A stretch of 64,000 bases of DNA from positions 83,886,001 through 83,950,000 of the forward strand of contig NC_043003.1 of NCBI RefSeq assembly GCF_006345805.1. Reading direction: 5' to 3'. The position numbers and the translations under genes were made by a program. Shown one piece after another: positions 37,753-50,697 of this stretch; the first letter of the stretch is position 1; each line of letters starts with the position of its first letter. Origin of the DNA: Octopus sinensis. Its lineage: Eukaryota. Below the pieces are notes generated by a model. The model worked only from the letters and a program-made list of their open reading frames with translations. It made no database searches and was not told where the DNA came from.

Positions 37753-38634
37753 ATCTATATTCATAAACTGCAGTCTAAGCTTCGATCCCAACAATCGTTT
37801 CTTGTTAAGGAGAACAGGAAAATCTGAAGCTTTGAAGTAGCCTTTACTTGCTCAAACAGAAATCTAATTTTCCTTAAACCGAAGAGTACATTGTTTATAT
37901 GTAGCATAGTAAAAAGTTGAGACGGCCATGATAGGAATACTTTTCATCGTAAGTCCTATCGATAAGAACCGGCTTGGAGATAAATAACAATAACTAGGAA
38001 TCTGCTCACCCTACAAGGTTTGAAGTCTCTCTGCTTATATCAGTGGCTGTATTTGTTTTGGTGCAGATGCTGTTTGTTTTGATGATAGATAGTGGAGATG
38101 GTGAAAGCATCTCTTTTACTTGTTTCAGTCACTTGATTACGGCCATGCTGGAGCACCGTCTTTAGGCGAGCAAATCGACCCCAGGACTTATTCTTTGTAA
38201 GCCTAGTACTTATTCTATCGACCTCTTTTGCCGAACCACTAAGTTACGGGAACGTAAACACACCACCATCGGTTGTCAAGCGATGTTGGAGGACAAACAC
38301 AAACACACAAACATACGCACACACACACACACATACACATACATACACACACACACACATATATATACGACGGGCTTCTTTCAGTTTCCGTCTACAAAAT
38401 CCGCTTACAAGGCATTGGTCAGCCCGAGGCTATAATAGAAGACACTTGACCAAGGTGCCGCGCAGTGGGACTGAACCCGGAACCATGTGGTTCGTAAGCA
38501 AGCTACTTACCACACAGCCACTCCTACGACTATATATATAAAATTTATATTATATATATATATATATATACGCGCGCATGTGTGTGTGTGTGCGTGTATG
38601 TATGTAAGTATGCATGTATAATATATATGTGTGT

Positions 38635-38700
<66 letters not shown>

Positions 38701-39210
38701 GTTTCTAATGAAAATCCAGTTTCTGGTTAGTAGGGCCACGCTTGAAAGGTTTAAGAAGCACTTGAATTTACACAGTATAAAATTGACACCTGAAGTTACT
38801 AGTAGTACACAAAAGCTGCTACTAATTCTCATGAGCAGCTGAAAAAAAAAAAGATAACTGAAGGGGCTGCACTCCAAAGAAAGTAAACAACTCTAATGAA
38901 ACTGCGCTCTTCAAGAACTTCGTGACAGCTAGAACGTTTATTTCTCGAGAAAGAAATCAACACCAGGATTTAAAGCTTTCAGAATTCACCTGACACTTCT
39001 GGGACGAAATGCTGCAGGTGATATGAAGCTGAAGCTCTTACTAATGTATGACTTTCAGAATTTATGCAAAGTTTTTTTTTGCCTCTCATCTGGCGTTTAA
39101 ATAAGAAGGCATGGATGATTAAAAGCCCTTTCGAAGAGTAGGTAACAGGCATTTTTGTTCATTTACATTATTTACATTTGAAGGATATTTGTCCTCATCT
39201 TGTTTGTTGT

Positions 39211-39257
39211 AAACACAACATTTCGGCTGATATACCCTCCAGCCTTCATCAGGTGTC
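39211..39257 (-). ncRNA. Minimal type I hammerhead-ribozyme-like motif
   Basis: GACAC-CTGATGA-A-GGCTG(gagggtatat)CAGCC-GAAA-TGTT-GTGTT: conserved core, perfect 5-bp stem II, stem I GACAC/GTGTT. Confidence 0.55.
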
Positions 39258-39337
39258 TTGGGGAAATTTCGATCCTGGGTTCTCATTCCTAAGGTATTTT
39301 CGATGTTGTTGTTGTTATTATTATTATTATTATTATT

Positions 39338-40277
39338 GTCATTTACTTTTAATCTGCATGTTTGATGCAATCACTTGCCGGGGCACACCCAGCGCCCTAG
39401 GGCAAGTGAAGGTTAAGAGTTGTTGAAATATAGCTGAAAGCTTGGGGAGGGGAAGTAGAGAAATATCTCCATGTAATACAAACACAAACATTTACATTGA
39501 TAGAGTTTTTCTAAGGATGTGGGCAGTACTTGTTAGCACAATCTTTTGGATTTCCTTGAGACATGGTTCTCCAGGGATATTGTCTAGGTGTTCTGACATC
39601 CCTTTTTTATCATACCTAGGGCACCTGCAATAACAGGAACAGTTTTGTTTTAAGATTCCACATCTTTTGTATTTCGATTTCCAGGTCCTTATATTTACCA
39701 AGTTTGTCAAATTCCTTTACAGATACATTTTTATCAGTGGGGACGCTTACCTCTATTAGTCTGCAGGTATTTTCTTCCCTGTCTTTAACAATTATGTCTG
39801 GTCGATTAGCCTTGATCGTTCTGTCAGTGTTGACTGGAAAATCCCAGAGGATGGTCACATCCTTACCTTCAACAACTGGCTGAGTATGGTGTTCATACCA
39901 GTTAGCAGGAGTGTCGAATTTGTAGTATTTACATATCTTCCAATGTATATACTGTCCTACCCTTTCGTGGCGATTTTTGTATTCGTTTGGTGTCAGGACA
40001 GGACATCCCGAAACGAGATGGTCTATCGTTTCGTCAAATGTGTCGCAGAATCTGCATTTAGGGTCAGTACCGTTTCGGAGAACGTTAGCCTGGTAATTTC
40101 TGGTAAACAAGCTTTGATCTTGTGCTGCCATTATGAAGCCTTCAGTCTCTGCTTTCAATCCAGAACTCTTCAGCCACTGATGGGTTGTTGCTTGGTCTAC
40201 ATCAGCATTTTGGCTTCGGAGAATATATTGTCCATGCAGGAGCTTCTGGCTCCACCGCCTCTCAATTTGATTCTGCC
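39338..40277 (-). mobile_element. 5'-truncated R4/Dong-like RLE non-LTR retrotransposon
   Basis: Frame open from RRWSQKLLHGQY..HQWLKSSGLKAETEG through CRFC..ETIDHLVSGC (CCHC), WDF, RPDIIV, EVSVP, KLGKYKDL. One frameshift near 39630, then ...LRKTLSM*. (TAA)n at both ends. Confidence 0.88.
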
Positions 40278-40328
<51 letters not shown>

Positions 40329-40529
40329 TCGAAAGGTTGTGTTAACAACAAACAAGATGACAAATATCCGTCAAATGTAAATAATGTACATAATTCCTCA
40401 TCTCTTAAATATAGAACTGTATTATCTTTTGTTCGGTTGTAGAATAGTACAGTGCCAGTCGTAGTATTTCCATCAAAACTACGAATTTTAGACAATGCAC
40501 TAAGCAACTGAATGAGATTAAATGAGTTT

Positions 40530-41100
40530 TCTGAATATATTCCCAAGAATACAACTTCTTTGCTTCAGCCAATGGATCAAGGTATGGCAGCTAACTCCAA
40601 GGCATATTATCTGAAAAGAACTTTCAAACAATTTATGAACGCAATTGATAGGGAGGATGAACCAACAATTTAAGACTTTGGAAAGAAGTTCAACATAGGG
40701 GATGTAGTGAATAATAAAGCCAAACCATGGGATGAAGTGAAACCTCAACTTTAAATGATGGCCAGACTGTATCCATAACTTTATAAGTTTCCCACGAACA
40801 GAAAGTCTATCTCAAACTCGGAATGATAAGATAAACTTTCAAATGTGAAGGGTCTGAAGAAGTCATAGAGGACGACGCATATGAGTTGCTAGCGTCCAAT
40901 ACCGAAAATTCATTTAATGGGAAACTGATATTGATCGAAGAAAAGCAATCTGAAAATACTGAGGAGAAAACCGAAATTCTACCAGTTCCACTTAAATTTA
41001 CTGCTAAAAATGTTGGGACTTAAAAAGTTTTGCTGATAACAACCTTATTTGTGAATGAAATATTAAAATTACAACAGGAGTTTGCAATAAGCTCAGTTCC
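40530..41100 (+). mobile_element. Degenerate pogo/Tigger DDE_1 transposase fragment
   Basis: YIPKNTTSLLQPMDQGMAANSKAYYLKRTF motif, with stops downstream. Confidence 0.75.
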
Positions 41101-41424
41101 TACATTAGGTTGTTCAAAGATGATGTGTCACAAACATCAAACAATTTTTGATAAGTTCTTCGCCCCATAAGTAACTGTTGGCGGTAATGAATTGTAAGAC
41201 AGAAAATAGTGTCCCCTATCCTCTCTGTAACTCTCATCCCACCACCATCTCTATTCTAACTTCACTTGAATTGTAAAGTTTATAAAATGGGAATATCAAA
41301 ACTAGTTTCTTACTGCACAATTGTAAATGATTGCTTAATGGGATCTTACGGGCATCATAGTTCCGAATTTGTTGCAGTGTACTCGTGTTCGTCCCGATAA
41401 TGAGTTTGCAGGCTAGCCAATAAA

Positions 41425-41463
<39 letters not shown>

Positions 41464-41599
41464 TATATATATCCTTTTCAATTCAGGGATTTGATACAGT
41501 AGATTGGATTTCTGCTTTTGATAAGTTTGATAAGTACCACGAACGAAACTCTCACCCCTTGAGTCACTGTGTAACTTCTGAGGATTAAAATTATATATA

Positions 41600-41678
<79 letters not shown>

Positions 41679-42689
41679 GGAGTAAGCACATAAGTGTGAA
41701 ACAAGGTGGAAAAAAAGAGTACTGAAACACCAGAGGTAGAGTAATATGCTTTATTTGAAAGCAGCAGAAATATAACAAAAGCTGTTACTCAGAGTTTCAC
41801 GTTCCCGTTTGTCGGACAGTTTTGTTAAAATAGAGCAGAAATATATACACACGCATATATATACATACATACAGCACACACACACACACACACACACACA
41901 TACGTATGTATGTATTTACAGCATGGTCGTAGTCCAGTGACTGAAACAAGATAAAGAAGATAGGAGAAGTAGGCGTACGTTGAACGTAGAAAATATTCAG
42001 GAAATAAACAACTAGACTCTATCGACATGAAAAACAAATCGTTGAGTTAGACTTAACACATTTAATGCAGGAAACATTAAATATGTTAACTAGATATAAT
42101 TATGCAGCAAAGAGAGAGCAACAACAACAACAACAACAACAACATTCAACCAATGACCAACTTCATTTTGAGTGTTTCACTAAGTGGTACAGGACATTGG
42201 CTTATATTGGCTCTATATTCACTAGCTTTTCAGAGAATTTCCAACAGCAGCGAATGACATCTCTTTATTCATTCATTTATTGCAATAAATAATTTGTTCT
42301 TTTTTTTTTTTGGTGCACTTCGTCTCTTTTCTTTTTCGTTTTTCTTTTCTTTTTTTTTTCTTTTTTTTTTTTGATGATGATGATCAGAGAAGGACTGCCT
42401 GGCACAGCGAATGGGACACACCTGCATCCGTCCGGTTTGCTGACGTTATAGGAGAAAATAAATGTCAATAATTGCGGGTTAGTGCTGTTGGGTCCGGTAT
42501 GAGGCGTGGAAACTCTTTTAGGAAATGCGTCCCATTTTTGTTTTAAAGATCATAACCTGGTGACATAAGAGCATGTGAGGTACAGACAGTGGTGGTGAGG
42601 GTTGGCGGTGGTGGTGCGTGGTGCGTGGTTTTAGTGGAAAAGATATGAAGAAGAAGAAGAGCGGCAGAGGATGTAAAGGAAATAGAATA

Positions 42690-43430
42690 AGAGTCTAATG
42701 GATGTTTGTGTTCGTGGAGGGGAGATTAGAATAGAAAAGAGAGAAAGAAAGACAGAGAGAAAGAAGGATGGCAGGGGAGACAGAGAGGGGGAGGAGGGGC
42801 AGAGGGAAGGAGAAAGAGAGACAGATATGACTGGAGATAACATATACATATGCATACAAAAGAATGTATATGAGAAGAGAGAAGAGGAGAGAAAGATACA
42901 GAGAGTCAGAGAAGGAGACAAAGGGAGAGAGAGAGGAAAAGAAAGACATGGAAGGAGAGAGAGGGAGAAAGCGATGGTGAGATAGATAAAAAGAGAGAGA
43001 AAGGTATATAGAGGGCGAGAGAGAAAGATACAGAGAGTCAGAGAAGGAGACAAAGGGAGAGAGAGGAAAAGAAAGACATGGAAGGAGAGAGAGGGAGAAA
43101 GCGATGGTGAGATATATAAAAAGAGAGAGAAAGGTATATAGAGGGCGAGAGAGAAAGAGGAGAGATGAAAAGATTTGAAGAAAGTGAGAGAGAAAGTGAA
43201 AGCGAGAGTGAGAGAGAGAGAGAGAGAGAAAGATAGGAAAGATGAAAAGAAAGATTAGAATAAAGACAGAGAGAGAGAGAGAGAGAACGCGAAAGTGAGA
43301 TAGCATGAGAGAGAGGGAGAGAGAGAGAAGGAGAAGGAGAGATGAAAAGAAATATTAGAATAAAGGGAGAGAAAGGATGAGAGCGAGAGAGAAGGAGAGA
43401 TGAAAAGAAAGATTAGAATAAAGATGAGTT
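42690..43430. repeat. GA-rich polypurine tract with an internal ~130-bp tandem duplication
   Basis: Nearly all A/G. The unit gaaagatacagagagtcag... recurs at 42891 and 43023. Confidence 0.9.
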
Positions 43431-43983
43431 ATCTGAAAGGCAGTTAGTGAAATTCAGCGAATCTCGTGTTTTCCATTACCATATCATTATCGCATTCAAT
43501 TCCTTGATGTGGCTCAGCCAATTCCACTTGTGGTCTTCTTATATCGCAGCTGTCTCCAATCTTTGTTTTTTTCCACCACAGATCAGTTTCATGAAAGACA
43601 ATTTTTCCACAGAAGCGCATAACAAAAACACAATAAAATGCACAATATACAATTAATTGTTGCACATATAATACATATAAGAAAATGAGATGACAAAGAA
43701 AGAAAAAATATATCATATGAACACCATTAGCTTACAGTTGTTTTTGCTGTGATATGCAGTGAACTCATAGTTGCATGCCTGAGTAACACCTTATAGCTTC
43801 ATCAGAACTTCAAATATGAAGCCATATGCTGATGAAGTTCATAAGATAATCGTTTATTTCTTTGTCATCTTACTTTCTTATTACCGCTCTGTACTCGACT
43901 AGTGCTTCATTTAGAGGCATACGTCTATTGAGTTCTACACCAGGTTATTAGTCTCGCAATGCCTAAGCGAAATATCATAATAC

Positions 43984-44020
<37 letters not shown>

Positions 44021-44773
44021 ATTATAATTAGGGTTCAGCTAATTGCTTCACCACACACCGAATTTAGAAATAGGCGTTAAAATTCCTTTTCTGGTACCAT
44101 AAGAATCTCCATGACGGTAACATACTTTTTTACGAAGGCAAAAAGCAAAACAATGAATCAACACGACCAGGATTAATTATATACGCGTTTCGAGATTAAA
44201 GTGATGTAAATTTTACTTACTTCTCTCTTCAGTATAGTATTTCCAATTATAAAATTTGAAAGTGCTAGGGTTAAATATGCACACGATCGAGCGACATCAT
44301 GTAACAGATATCCAACCAACACTTCCAAAATTTAGAGCCGAATGTGAATACACTATTCAACCCCTATACCCACTTGTATGCTACGAGCAGTACTGCAGAA
44401 AACTGCAGTATTCTATCATGGAGTAAATTATAACTTCAAATCAATAATAAAAGGGTAAAATTTATTAATTAAATTAATTAATTAATCAATCAATTAATTA
44501 ATAATTTCATCAAGTAGATCGGTACGTTAAAATAACCTTTATAGGTAAAATTATACATATATTTTATAATTATAAACATAATTATAATTAGAGTTCAGCT
44601 AATTGCTTCACCACATACCGAATTTAGAAATAGGAGTTAAAATTCCTTTTCTGCTACTATAAGAATCTCCATGACGGTAACATACTTTTTTTTACGAAGG
44701 TAAAGAGCAAAACAATGAATCAACACGACCAAGATTAACTATATACGCGTTTCGAGATTAAAGTGATGTAAAT
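44021..44773. repeat. ~190-bp direct repeat pair (44021-44211 and 44581-44773)
   Basis: Both begin attataattag(g/a)gttcagctaattgc and end gagattaaagtgatgtaaat, with scattered substitutions. Confidence 0.9.
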
Positions 44774-46202
44774 CACTTTATGTATAAGTGCAAGCGTGGT
44801 AATAAGAAGATTGCTTCCCAACCACATGGTTCCGGATTCAACTCACTGTGTGTAACAATGTATGTGTTTGCCAGCATACATACATTTTTGTGACGACTGA
44901 CACACACGCGCATCTAAAGATAGAGACAGACACACACGGGGGCAGAAATAGGCTTCACGTATGCGTTAATGTACATGTGTGTCTCTCTCTTACTTTATGT
45001 ATGTAACTACACCCCCCCCCAAAAAAAAAACCCCAGTGAAACGCGCCGATATTGAAAGTTTACTTGTGGCTGGACTTCAAACAACAACGTTCACTTTCAA
45101 GTAATACGAACGTTGGAGATTTGACTGATTTAATACCACTCACAATACTCGCAAATATATCTGGAAAAAAAATATTATTCTGGTTATTATAGCAAATTCG
45201 GAAACGTGGCGAAGTAGAAAGCCTTAGCGGCTCTTTCGATATAATTACAAAAATGTTATTCCACTCCTTCTAACCAGTTTCAAGATAATGTTTAACAGTC
45301 CTTGTATTCTTCATCACTGTGTGTATCAACGTCCCACAACCTTCTTACTGCATTACTCAGTATTTATTGTACAGCCTATAATGTTACACAGTTCAAAAAC
45401 AGTATCTTCCTTCTTATTTACTTTGTTCAGCATTTGCTTCAAAATTGTAAAATAAATTATTTTTGTACGTAAAAACTGAATTATGCCTTCTGAATTTTCT
45501 TGGACTTTCACTTTCTTTACAGTGACATTCATTCAATTGTGAATTTTACAACATTTAGGACATGTTCCAAATAAATGTTCACTTTCTGTACTTTCTTACA
45601 TTACTCTCTTTTTTTTTTACTCTTTTACTTGTTTCAGTCATTTGACTGCAGCCATGCTGGAGCACCGCCTGTAGTCGAGCAAATCGACCCCAGGACTTAT
45701 TCTTTGGACGCCTAGTACTTATTCTATCTATCTCTTTTGCCGAGCCGCTAAGTTACGGGGACATAAACACACCATCATCAGTTGTCAAGCGATGCTGGGG
45801 GACAAACACACAAACATACACACGCATATATATACATATATACGACGGGCTTCTTTCAGTTTCCGTCTACCAAATCCACTTACAAGGCTTTGGTCGGCCC
45901 GAGTCTATAGCAGAAGACACTTGCCCGAGGTGCTACGCAGTGGGAATGAACCCGGAACCATATGGCTGGTAAGCAAGCTACTTACCACACAGCCACTCCT
46001 GCGCCTACCACATTGGTAACGCATACTAACTTTTGCTAAATTGGTGACTTTCCATTTTTTATAGCATAACTATGCTACAGAAAGTACGTTTTGCGCCTAT
46101 GTTGACTACCTTTCGTTTCGCTTGAACTTCGTGTGTGTACGTTTTGCTGTTTTCAATATTATCACTTCTATCAGTGTATGTGTGTGTGAGCTGGAACTAC
46201 TG

Positions 46203-46252
46203 CTATCTACTGAGGATGAACACAAATGGCTCGAAACCGTACGGTCTGGTAG
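46203..46252 (+). ncRNA. Hammerhead-ribozyme-like motif (drifted)
   Basis: CTGAGGA...GGCTC-GAA-ACCGTACGGT-C: palindromic stem III and a GUC cleavage triplet. Stems I and II are imperfect. Confidence 0.5.
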
Positions 46253-46369
46253 TCCCGTCGCTAGAAGATGGTAGAGGTTCACTCTCCTGCTTGCAATATA
46301 TATCGGGTGCAGACTGCATCGACTAACTGGCTAGAGGAGGCGTCCCCCTCGGGTTAAAATGGTAGTAAC

Positions 46370-46693
46370 ATCGGTTTCTAAGGAACAGCCATGTTGAAGA
46401 GGCTATAAATATTTTCTGCATAGTTTCTCCCATTAGTGACATGAAGATCGTTGCGCTTTGTGATATTTACATTATCCCAATGCTGTAACTCCGCATTTCT
46501 GTCCATTTGGGTACGTTCATTCTCAATGCGTTCCTTCAGATGATTCATTTCTGCGATTTTCATTGAGTACGCCTTCTTCAGCATATCCTCCAAAAAGAAG
46601 TCAAGTGGTCTAATATCTGGTGAGCGAAGAACCCTTTCCACAAGAATATTAGCGATATTTCCCGTGTATCCAAACTTTATGGTTACCCTGTAT
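46370..46693 (-). mobile_element. Internally deleted mariner-like element (transposase C-terminus)
   Basis: RSPDIRPLDFFL..MLK..YSMKI...HLKERI. TIR-like TA-cagggtaaccataaag on the minus strand at ~46675-46693. Confidence 0.6.
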
Positions 46694-47077
46694 AATGTAA
46701 AAATATTCTGTAGACCGTGATAGTCAATAAAATATAAATAAAATTCAGAAATTTATTCTTGCTGTGCGGCCCAGTATCAAATGATTTACGGCCCGGTGGG
46801 TGGATACCTGTGCTATACTTCTTTCACTGGTGGTTCGTTCAAGCACGACCATATGCATCATATGCATTAGATGTATAATATAGTACTGTCAATTATGTTA
46901 CATGACAAAACCACTTCATTTTCAACCTTCTAACAATTGACGGAAGAGTTTCATGCATCAGTTTTCTCAACAATTTCTTCCCTGACACTATCGTTATGTC
47001 AAAATTTATATACCTGCATCAGCATGGCTGCAGCTCTGAGCTGAAATTACAGGGAAAAAAATACCTAGATATTTGGA

Positions 47078-47245
<168 letters not shown>

Positions 47246-47863
47246 GTGTGTGTGTGTGTGTGTGTAATGTTAGCGGTTAGTATATTATATCTAAAGCATA
47301 TATACTGTTGAAAGCCTTCTAAACTGCGGTTTTCTTCTCGAGAAAGCATATCTTATGGATGCATAGCTTTTAAAAAGCACAGAAATATACCAGCAGCAAA
47401 CGAAAGTTGCCCAGTAGTGGCGGTGGTATTGCTAAATGTGGATTTCTGTTCATTTCTCATTGTATCAACCAAACAATCAGATTTTGTTATACACCACTGG
47501 TCACAATGCACTTCTTCGCAATAATACCACCCTGCTTGTTAGGCAGGCAGGTCAACAGTCATCCTGGAAGGAGTGCCAGCCTGCTGCAGTGTTACTCATT
47601 TAACAGCTGAGTAGACTGGAACCACGTGAAATGAAGCGGTTTTGTTGAAGAACACAACGCGTCGCCGATCTGGAAATCAAAACCAACATCTTGCGATCAT
47701 GAGTGGAACGCCCTAACCACAAAACAGTGTGTGATCAAAAACCTTATGTATTGTTGAACAGGCACCATATTTGATAACCTTTGAGTTTCTGAAAATTCTC
47801 CTAAACTAACCATGTTGATATGTTGGTTATGACAAAGAAAGATAATCTATGCACAAGAATGCA

Positions 47864-47957
<94 letters not shown>

Positions 47958-49169
47958 GGAGAGAGAGAGAAAAGAAGGATACAGATATTGTATTATTACT
48001 GTGTTATTGCTAAACTTAAATCAATGTAATTAACGTTGAATATTTCCAACGCAGGAACCAAGTTGTAAAATAAATAAAAATGTAAAATATAAAAATATAA
48101 ATAATATTTTTCTAAAAAATATAATAAATTCTGCCTCCCATGTTTTGAGACCTAAATGGGCTCTTTGGTTAAATGGAGATTATGGGGTTGATTAGCCAAA
48201 CAGTTTACTGATTAAATAAAAAAAAAAAAGAATAACAAATACCAATTCTTAATTAAAAATATTTTCACCAAACCACCAATACAGCTGCTACAAATCCCAA
48301 TATATAGCTAAAGAGGATTATAACATTTTAGCAGTAGAATATCAATTGCATGGTGAATGTTTTTAACCAGCAAATTTGTTGATATACTTGTACTCAATAT
48401 TATGTAGCATCATTAGGCAGCGAATTGGCAGTATCGTTAGCAAGCCGGCCAAAATGCTTAGCAGTATCTCGTTCCTCTTTGTGTTCTGAGCTCAAATTCC
48501 ACCGAGGTCGACTTTGCTTTTAATCCTTTCGGAACTGATAAAATAAGTACCAGTTGAGCACTGGGGTCAATGTAATCGACTTACTCCTTCCTTGAACTTG
48601 CTGGTCTTGGCGCATAGGTCTAAGGTTAGCGGGATCGTTAGCACACCGGGTAAAATGTTCAGAGGAATTTTGTCCGTCTTCCCGTCTTGAGTTTGAATTC
48701 CGCCGAAGTCGACTTTGGGGGTTGATAAAATAAGTATGAGTTGAGCACTGGGTTCGATGTTATCGACATACCCACTAACCCGAAATTGCTTGCCTTATGC
48801 TAAAATTTGAAACCATTATTTTGCAATGCCATAAGTTAGCGAGTTGGTAGAATCGTTAGCACGTCGGGCAAAATGCTTTGCAGCATTTCGTCCGCCTTTA
48901 CCCTCTGAGTTCAAATACAGCCGAGGTCGACTTTGCCTTTCATTCTTTTGGGATCGATAAAATGAGTACCAGTTGAATACTGGTATCGTTTTGTCGATTT
49001 TATCCCCTAAACTTACTGGCCTTGTACCAAAATTTGAAACCAATATTTTAATGGAAATATTCCAAGGGAATTCTGTTTATTCTGGTCCAAAATCCACTGT
49101 CATTTCTTCAACGAAAATCTACTCTCTATATCCTAGGGTCAGCAACAGCAAGATACACTAATAATAATG

Positions 49170-49860
49170 ATTACCCATAATATATTAGTGGATGATCTAA
49201 AGGTCTATGCCCGAAATATTTACAATGCTGAAAAATAGCAAGATTTAACCATAACATTTTCCGTTGATAAAGGGATGTAGTCAGGCCAAAAGAAATGTTT
49301 ATATTTAACATTAGCAAGGCGGCGAGCTGGCAGAAACGTTAGCACGCCGGGCGAAATGCTTAGCGATATTTCGTCTGCCGTTACGTTCTGAGTTCAAATT
49401 CCGCCGAGGTCGACTTTGCCTTTCATCGATAAATTAAGTACCAGTTACGCACTGGGGTCGATGTGATCGACTTAATCCCTTTGTCTGTCCTTGTTTGTCC
49501 CCTCTATGTTTAGCCCCTTGTGGGCAATAAAGAAATAAGAAATGTCTATATTTAACAATTCAACGTAAAAGAACTATTCCCCAGACGACCAAGTTTTTGC
49601 ACCATCTCCCTTGTTTCACAAAGCGAATGCTACAAATACTTCGGTATGGACGAAAATTTATCATGCCTTTGTATAATAAATTTTCGTCAATATGAGTGAA
49701 CAAAGATTGAGTAAAGAATATTATACCAGAATTAAAAAGATATGGCAGTTAGACAATATTAAAGTGACATGTTACTTTCCCGGGACTAGAAACCGTTAGA
49801 TGACATCACATCTTGTCGGCTATGCTTTCACAATCGAAAAGCAGGCGATTACTGCAAAAT
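49170..49860 (+). mobile_element. Highly degenerate R4/NeSL-like RT remnant interrupted by a SINE
   Basis: ITHNILVDDLKVYA at ~49171-49212 and EYYTRIKKIW at ~49715-49745. Confidence 0.5.
49319..49539 (+). mobile_element. tRNA-derived SINE (family A), CpG-intact, inserted in an old RT remnant
   Basis: ggcggcgagctggcag...aaagaaata, flanked by aagaaatgt(t/c)tatatttaaca on both sides. Confidence 0.85.
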
Positions 49861-50697
49861 GTATCATGAACCAACAGAACAGCAAAGTTGTAAAATTCCC
49901 AGATGCAACCACGTGGAAGCACATGGCCTAGTAGTTAGAGCAGCGGACTTGTGGTCGAGAGATTGCGGGTTTGAATCTCAGACCGGACGATGTGTGTGTT
50001 TATGAGCGAAACACCTAAGCTCCACGCGGCTTCGGCAGAAGGTAATGGCGAACTTCTGCTGACTCTTTCGCCGCAACTTTCTCTCACTCTTTCCTCTTGC
50101 AGCTCAGACCGGCATCCCGTCCAGGTGGGGAACCTATACGCCAAGGAAACCGGGAAACCGGCCCTAATGAGCCAGGCACGGCTCGAGAAGGAACAAACAA
50201 AATGCAACCACATCTATTGGTTACAAGTTTCGGCTATGTCTTCTGTGGGAGACGCTGCACATATACTTGGTAGCAGAACTGCGACAATATACACTGCAAT
50301 CCACAGAAAAGTCTACCCTGGGATAAATATAAACGTCCTATCTGCTATGGGATACTTACATACCGGTTCTCCGTCGGTTACGACGGCGAGTGTTCCAACT
50401 GATCCGATCAACGAAACAGCTTGCTCGTGAAACTAACTTCCAAGCGGATGAGCAATCCACAGGCATACGTATCTTTAACATAGTTCTGAGGGAGATTCAG
50501 CATGACAAAGAATGTGACAAGACTGGCCCTTTGAAATTCAGGTAAGACCCATTTTTGCCAGCTGAGTGGACTGGAGCAACGTGAAATAAAGTGTCTTACT
50601 CAGTGACGCAACACTATGAATCGATCTCACGACCGTAAGGTCGTGAACCGAATGCTTTAAACACTGAGCCATACGCCTTCACTGATACTTACATACA

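Noticed and set aside
42065-42292. Poly-Q ORF (MQETLNML...QQQQQQQQ)
   Set aside because: The glutamine run is a (CAA)n microsatellite; no homology or convincing splice structure.
43444-43716. 90-aa minus-strand ORF as a host exon
   Set aside because: No recognisable domain. An alternative frame gives KWNWLSHI with stops, which suggests a decayed RTE fragment; support is too weak to annotate.
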